This document shows, piece by piece, positions 39,555 to 43,769 of a stretch of DNA of 43,769 nucleotides. How positions within the stretch are numbered: position 1 is the stretch's first letter; the number at the start of each line of letters is the position of its first letter. Origin of the DNA: Candidatus Margulisiibacteriota bacterium (GTDB lineage Bacteria; Margulisbacteria; WOR-1; O2-12-FULL-45-9); assembly GCA_043816785.1 (NCBI GenBank), contig JBDRHP010000004.1, positions 1 through 43,769 on the forward strand, read 5' to 3'. Made by a program: the position numbers and the translations under genes. The notes below the pieces were generated by a model, which was given only the letters and a program-made list of their open reading frames with translations, did no database searches and had not been told where the DNA came from.

Positions 39555-40015
39555 TATTTTACCCCCTTGAGCTCCAGGACCTTGATCAGATCGTCTTTTG
39601 GAAAAAAGCCTAGATGCCGGAAATATTCTTCGCCATTCTCGTCAAGGAAAACCTGTGTCGGAATGCCCCGGATCCGGTATTTTTCAGCGAAAGGCCTGCC
39701 TGCTTCTGTCCAAACATCGTAAAAAACGACTTTGACCTGGCCTTTGTACTCCTGGGCGACATCGTCCATGACCGGCTGCATCATTTTACAGGGGATACAT
39801 TTGATGGAGCCAAGCTCAATAAAAGTAACTTTTATTCTAGAAACAGGTTTAACCACAGGCTTTGTTGACAGAGTCTTGGGCTTAGCCTGTACGACTTTTG
39901 GCAGATCCAGTTGCGCGGCCTTCGGCGTCTCGTCATGTTTATCTTCACAACCGGCAACTATCAATAACAAAAAAAATAGTATCAATATTTTGGGAACCAG
40001 TTTTAGCTTGATCAC
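39554..40015 (-). CDS. Exported thioredoxin (lipoprotein)
   Basis: Lipobox VAGC, CIPC, IPTQVF. Confidence 0.88.
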   Translation of the reverse strand: MIKLKLVPKILILFFLLLIVAGCEDKHDETPKAAQLDLPKVVQAKPKTLSTKPVVKPVSRIKVTFIELGSIKCIPCKMMQPVMDDVAQEYKGQVKVVFYDVWTEAGRPFAEKYRIRGIPTQVFLDENGEEYFRHLGFFPKDDLIKVLELKGVK

Positions 40016-40033
40016 ACTATTGCCTCCCCGAAC

Positions 40034-41206
40034 TTAAAATAAATAGCCATAAACCATTCCGGCTATTGTTGACATTATGATAACCAGGCTGACATAAACC
40101 AGCATTTTCCTGGTGCCGACAACGCTTCTGATCACCAGCATGTTCGGCAAGCTCAAGGCCGGACCGGCTAACAGCAGAGCCAAAGCTGGTCCTTTGCCCA
40201 TGCCGGCGCCCAGCAATCCCTGCAGGATCGGAATCTCGGTTAAGGTCGCGAAATACATCAACGCTCCGGAAACCGAAGCAAAAAGATTGGCCCAGAGCGA
40301 ATTGCCGCCGACCAACATTTCAATATATCTTGAAGGTATGATCCCGCTATTTGTGCCCGGGCGGCCCATCAGGAAACCAGCGGCCAGCACCCCCATGAAC
40401 AGCAAGGGAAAGATCTGCTTGGCAAATTCCCAGGTTGACTCAACCCAAGTCTTGCGCTCGTCTTTGTCAAACCAGGTAAATACCTGCCAGGCAAGAACAA
40501 CTAGAGCTAGGCCCGCCAAATACCATTTAAGAGAAAAAATGAGGTTCCACAGGCCGGAAGGAAATTCTGTTTTAGTCCAGGTGGCAAAAAGCAGGACCAG
40601 GATCATGGTCATAAAATACACAACAGTTTTGCTTAAAGGACGTTTTTCCTCAGGCAGTGAATTGAACATGGCTTCGTTGGCTTCGTGTTTAGCCTTTTCC
40701 TCATGCCGGTAGATGAAAGCCATGATCAAGCCGATAATAACTGAAAAAGAGACCGCGCCGAGCGCCCTGGCCAGGCCTAACTGCCAGCCAAGGACACGGG
40801 CGGTTAAAATGATCGCCAGGATATTGATCGCCGGACCAGAATAGAGAAAAGCGATCGCCGGGCCGAGGCCGGCGCCTCTTTTCCATATTCCCGCAAACAG
40901 AGGCAGGACCGCGCAGGAGCAGACCGCCAGAATTGAACCAGAAACTGAAGCGACCCCATAAGACAGGACCTTGTTCGCCTTGGCGCCAAAATATTTCAAG
41001 ACAGCGGCCTGCGAAATAAAGACCGAAATTGCTCCGGCAATAAAGAACGCCGGGATCAGGCAGGTCAGGACATGAAGCTGGACATACTCCTGAAGCATGA
41101 GGAATGATTCCATGATCGCCGATTGGACGCGGGCATTAGTAAAAGGGATATAATAAGCCAGCAGGAATCCCAAAACCATCAAGAGAAATTTTGTTCGCTC
41201 CTTCAT
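40034..41206 (-). CDS. DUF318/ArsP-family permease
   Basis: AVCSC, FLYSGPAIN, MYFATLTEIP, LLAGPALSLP. Confidence 0.88.
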   Translation of the reverse strand: MKERTKFLLMVLGFLLAYYIPFTNARVQSAIMESFLMLQEYVQLHVLTCLIPAFFIAGAISVFISQAAVLKYFGAKANKVLSYGVASVSGSILAVCSCAVLPLFAGIWKRGAGLGPAIAFLYSGPAINILAIILTARVLGWQLGLARALGAVSFSVIIGLIMAFIYRHEEKAKHEANEAMFNSLPEEKRPLSKTVVYFMTMILVLLFATWTKTEFPSGLWNLIFSLKWYLAGLALVVLAWQVFTWFDKDERKTWVESTWEFAKQIFPLLFMGVLAAGFLMGRPGTNSGIIPSRYIEMLVGGNSLWANLFASVSGALMYFATLTEIPILQGLLGAGMGKGPALALLLAGPALSLPNMLVIRSVVGTRKMLVYVSLVIIMSTIAGMVYGYLF

Positions 41207-41505
41207 TTACTGACCCCTTTCATTAATTTGAATAGATCATCCAAAAATGAATCCAGTTCTTTCCTGTTCAGCTTATACAACCTGAATTTGCCCTCTTTGC
41301 GATAGGATACGATCTTCATTTTCTTCAACACTTTTAAATGATGGGAGATCAGATTATGAGGAAGTTTAAGCGCCTCGATTATCTCACAAACGCAAAGCTC
41401 AGCCCTCTTAAGTAAACAGATGATCCTCAACCTGTTTTCTTCGCTGATATTCTTGAGCAGCAAAGAGAGCTTGGAAAGGTCTTTGTTAATACACTTATAT
41501 TTCAT
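41203..41505 (-). CDS. arsR: ArsR/SmtB family repressor
   Basis: RLRII, ELCVCEI, ISHHLKVL, RKEGK. Confidence 0.92.
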   Translation of the reverse strand: MKYKCINKDLSKLSLLLKNISEENRLRIICLLKRAELCVCEIIEALKLPHNLISHHLKVLKKMKIVSYRKEGKFRLYKLNRKELDSFLDDLFKLMKGVSK

Positions 41506-42041
41506 CTGGTCCCTCCCGGGCGCGCCACAAAGGTGGCAGTGTATTTATTCTTAATGCGCTCCACTCTAGGGAAATATGAATTTAGAATGGTTTCTAAGCT
41601 GTCCAGGAATTTATTATCCTTTTTATGCCCGGATACCCGCCGGCCGCGAGGGGTCAGATCGGCTATGATAACTTTCCCCCTGTTCGCGCACACCCGGCGC
41701 ATTTCCTTGATCGCTTCCGCTCTTTTCCTTATGTGGTGCATGGTATTAAAAGCCATTATCACATTGAACGACTTGTCAGGAAAAGGCAGTCTTATCGCGT
41801 CCGCACGGCAAAAATCAATTAAAGAGTTGACCTTTTCCCGCCGCGCTTCTTTTCTCGCCGCTTTTAAATTCTTCCGGCTCCTGTCTATCGCCGTCACCCT
41901 AAACCCCTTTTTAGCCAAAAGCTGGGCCATGCAACAACAATCCCCTGTGCCAACATCGAGGATCTTCCCGGCTGATCGGGACACCATTCTTACAATGGCT
42001 TCCCGATCCTGCTTATCATCATATTCTTCATTTTTTACCAT
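41502..42041 (-). CDS. Class I SAM-dependent methyltransferase
   Basis: ILDVGTG, AIDRS, DAIRLPFPDKSFN, MHHI, EMRRV. Confidence 0.88.
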   Translation of the reverse strand: MVKNEEYDDKQDREAIVRMVSRSAGKILDVGTGDCCCMAQLLAKKGFRVTAIDRSRKNLKAARKEARREKVNSLIDFCRADAIRLPFPDKSFNVIMAFNTMHHIRKRAEAIKEMRRVCANRGKVIIADLTPRGRRVSGHKKDNKFLDSLETILNSYFPRVERIKNKYTATFVARPGGTR

Positions 42042-42063
42042 TTTTCACCTGCGCCAGTTTTTC

Positions 42064-42111
42064 ATGTCAATGGTGATTGACATTTTACACGCCAAGCCAA
42101 CTTATTGTCAA
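42064..42111 (-). promoter_or_regulatory. sigma70 promoter with overlapping ArsR-type operator
   Basis: TTGACA-N18-TAAAAT; palindrome ATGTCAAT-GGTG-ATTGACAT at 42064-42083. Confidence 0.7.
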
Positions 42112-42137
42112 GCGTAATGAGTTTTGATCAGGCCATA

Positions 42138-42509
42138 TCACCCGTTCTTTTCGCTGGCTTTTTTTCCTGCCTGAACAATCAATTCCGCGGGGATTGTTTC
42201 ATATATTTTATCGTTTACCTCAACCGTTCGGCACTCATTATCTCCGCAAACTGAGCAGCATTGACTCTTGCCGGTCGAAGCATTAAGCCAGTATTCCAGG
42301 GGCTGGCCATTGATCAATATTTTATTTGATTCCTGCGGGGACTTGCTAAATTCGGGCATTTTTATCTCTTTTTTGGTCAATCTAACCTTTACCCCTGACC
42401 GCTCAAGCTCTTTGATGGCGGAATTCAATTCTTCCTCGGTCGCTCCGCACCTGGGACAGGTCTCTTTATCAATAATTAAGCGCTGCCATTCAATAAATAT
42501 TGTTTTCAT
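42138..42509 (-). CDS. DUF2703-like Cys-rich protein
   Basis: [31 protein letters not shown]. Confidence 0.75.
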   Translation of the reverse strand: MKTIFIEWQRLIIDKETCPRCGATEEELNSAIKELERSGVKVRLTKKEIKMPEFSKSPQESNKILINGQPLEYWLNASTGKSQCCSVCGDNECRTVEVNDKIYETIPAELIVQAGKKASEKNG

Positions 42510-43606
42510 TTCGCGTGATGCACCTCCGGAAATAGTTTTGGCCGGGTGGCCTTAGCGAACCAGACTAAACCCAGCATAACCGGGACCTCGATCAAAACCC
42601 CCACGACGGTAGCCAAAGAAGCGCCGGAAGACAGGCCAAAAAGAATAGTAGAGGTCGCAATAGCCACTTCAAAATGATTGCTAGCGCCGATAAGCGCTGA
42701 AGGAGCCGCGTCACGATACGGCAGTTTTATCCATTTGGCGATAAAATAACTCAGCCCGAAGATCAGGCAGGTTTGGATGAATAAAGGTATGGCAATTAAA
42801 AAGATGATCTGCGGCTGATTTATGATCAATTCACCTTTAAAAGAAAACAACAGCACCAATGTGATCAGTAAGGCAAAGATCGACACTGGCGTTAAATAAT
42901 GGATAAACTCCTCTTCGAACCATTTAAATCCCTTCTTGGCGATCACCCATTTCCTGGAATAATACCCCAGCAAGAGCGGCAACCCAACGTAGATCAAGAC
43001 AGACAGCACAATAGTTTCCCAGGGAATCGGCATTTTATTGACCCCTAACAACCAACCGCCCAGAGGCGCGTACAGAAAAAGCATAGTCAAAGAGTTGATC
43101 GCGACCATCACCAGAGTGTGGCCGTCATTCCCTCTGGCCAAGTGTCCCCAGATCAGGACCATCGCGGTACAGGGGGCAACCCCCAGAAGGATGCAGCCCG
43201 AAATATATGAACGGAATAATTCAACAGTCTCGCCGTTTTTGACCACTTCGACCCCCGGGATCGCCCCCTTAAAGAGAAATCCCAGGAAAAATGTCGCGAT
43301 CGCCAGCATAGTGAAAGGCTTAACGCACCAATTGATGAAAAGTGTTAACAAAACCGGTTTGGGAGTCTTGCCTGCTTTCACAACTTCATGAAAATCGATC
43401 TTAACCATGATCGGATACATCATGAAGAACAGACAGATCGCGATAGGGATTGAAACTTGATAAACAGAGATCGAATCAAGGGTAATGGCCGCCTGGGGAA
43501 AAAGTTTGCCCAGTATAATACCTAATCCGATGCAGCCAACTACCCAGAGCGTCAGATATCTTTCAAAAAAACTTAGCTGTCTTTCCTCATGAACTACTGT
43601 TTTCAT
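42506..43606 (-). CDS. acr3: ACR3 family arsenite efflux transporter
   Basis: [43 protein letters not shown]. Confidence 0.95.
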   Translation of the reverse strand: MKTVVHEERQLSFFERYLTLWVVGCIGLGIILGKLFPQAAITLDSISVYQVSIPIAICLFFMMYPIMVKIDFHEVVKAGKTPKPVLLTLFINWCVKPFTMLAIATFFLGFLFKGAIPGVEVVKNGETVELFRSYISGCILLGVAPCTAMVLIWGHLARGNDGHTLVMVAINSLTMLFLYAPLGGWLLGVNKMPIPWETIVLSVLIYVGLPLLLGYYSRKWVIAKKGFKWFEEEFIHYLTPVSIFALLITLVLLFSFKGELIINQPQIIFLIAIPLFIQTCLIFGLSYFIAKWIKLPYRDAAPSALIGASNHFEVAIATSTILFGLSSGASLATVVGVLIEVPVMLGLVWFAKATRPKLFPEVHHAK

Positions 43607-43622
43607 GTCATTCCCTTTCCAA

Positions 43623-43769
43623 TTAACAAGATTTACATTTTTTAGCTTTTTTAAACTTCAAATAAAGGATTTTATCGAGTGCCAATAACTTAACTAGCTT
43701 CATGTTAAGCGAATAGTGCTGCCACAATCCCTCTTTCCTGCTCTTTACCAGACCTACCTTTTTCAAATA
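43623..43769 (-). CDS. Second ArsR-family regulator, C-terminal part (cut by window edge)
   Basis: Not in the ORF track. Manual translation [22 protein letters not shown]...KKAKKCKSC then stop. Confidence 0.8.
   Translation of the reverse strand, partial: YLKKVGLVKSRKEGLWQHYSLNMKLVKLLALDKILYLKFKKAKKCKSC

Noticed and set aside
43607..43769. Possible ArsR-ACR3 fusion
   Set aside because: The ArsR frame stops at TAA 43625-43623 and is out of frame with the acr3 ATG
36936..43769. Defined integrative element at tRNA-Leu
   Set aside because: No integrase and no duplicated tRNA 3' end seen; the other boundary would lie outside the window, so island status stays an inference

Overview
Bacterial chromosomal window, mostly minus-strand genes. 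Gene content (SLH outer-membrane protein, FlgD/T9SS-like C-terminal domain protein, orphan paralog families) suggests a non-photosynthetic relative of Cyanobacteria such as Ca. Saganbacteria/Margulisiibacteriota; this is an unverified inference. In order: glycolipid/envelope genes (SLH protein, GT28 MGDG-synthase-like, GalE-like, GT4, radical SAM, MFS, recO); a divergent membrane histidine kinase and NtrC-type sigma54 activator; eno; an opp/dpp ABC operon interrupted by three paralogous orphan genes; an ORF6N-pilC-pilin unit; metG, pepA, ndk, argHGF, nadE; four tRNAs; and an arsenic/thiol-redox cluster running off the right end. Most notable: (1) three tandem orphan proteins built from 3-4 copies of a ~110-125 aa repeat, sharing an unusual promoter motif with an orphan GNAT; (2) a candidate sigma54 regulon, with three near-identical -24/-12 promoters each ~40 bp from a related palindrome, upstream of the activator itself, the ORF6N-pilC-pilin unit and a four-helix-bundle gene; (3) an ORF6N gene carrying the same palindrome in its promoter and its coding sequence; (4) several REP/MITE-like elements, one supplying the start codon and signal peptide of a gene. 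All calls come from reading the sequence; no searches were run.
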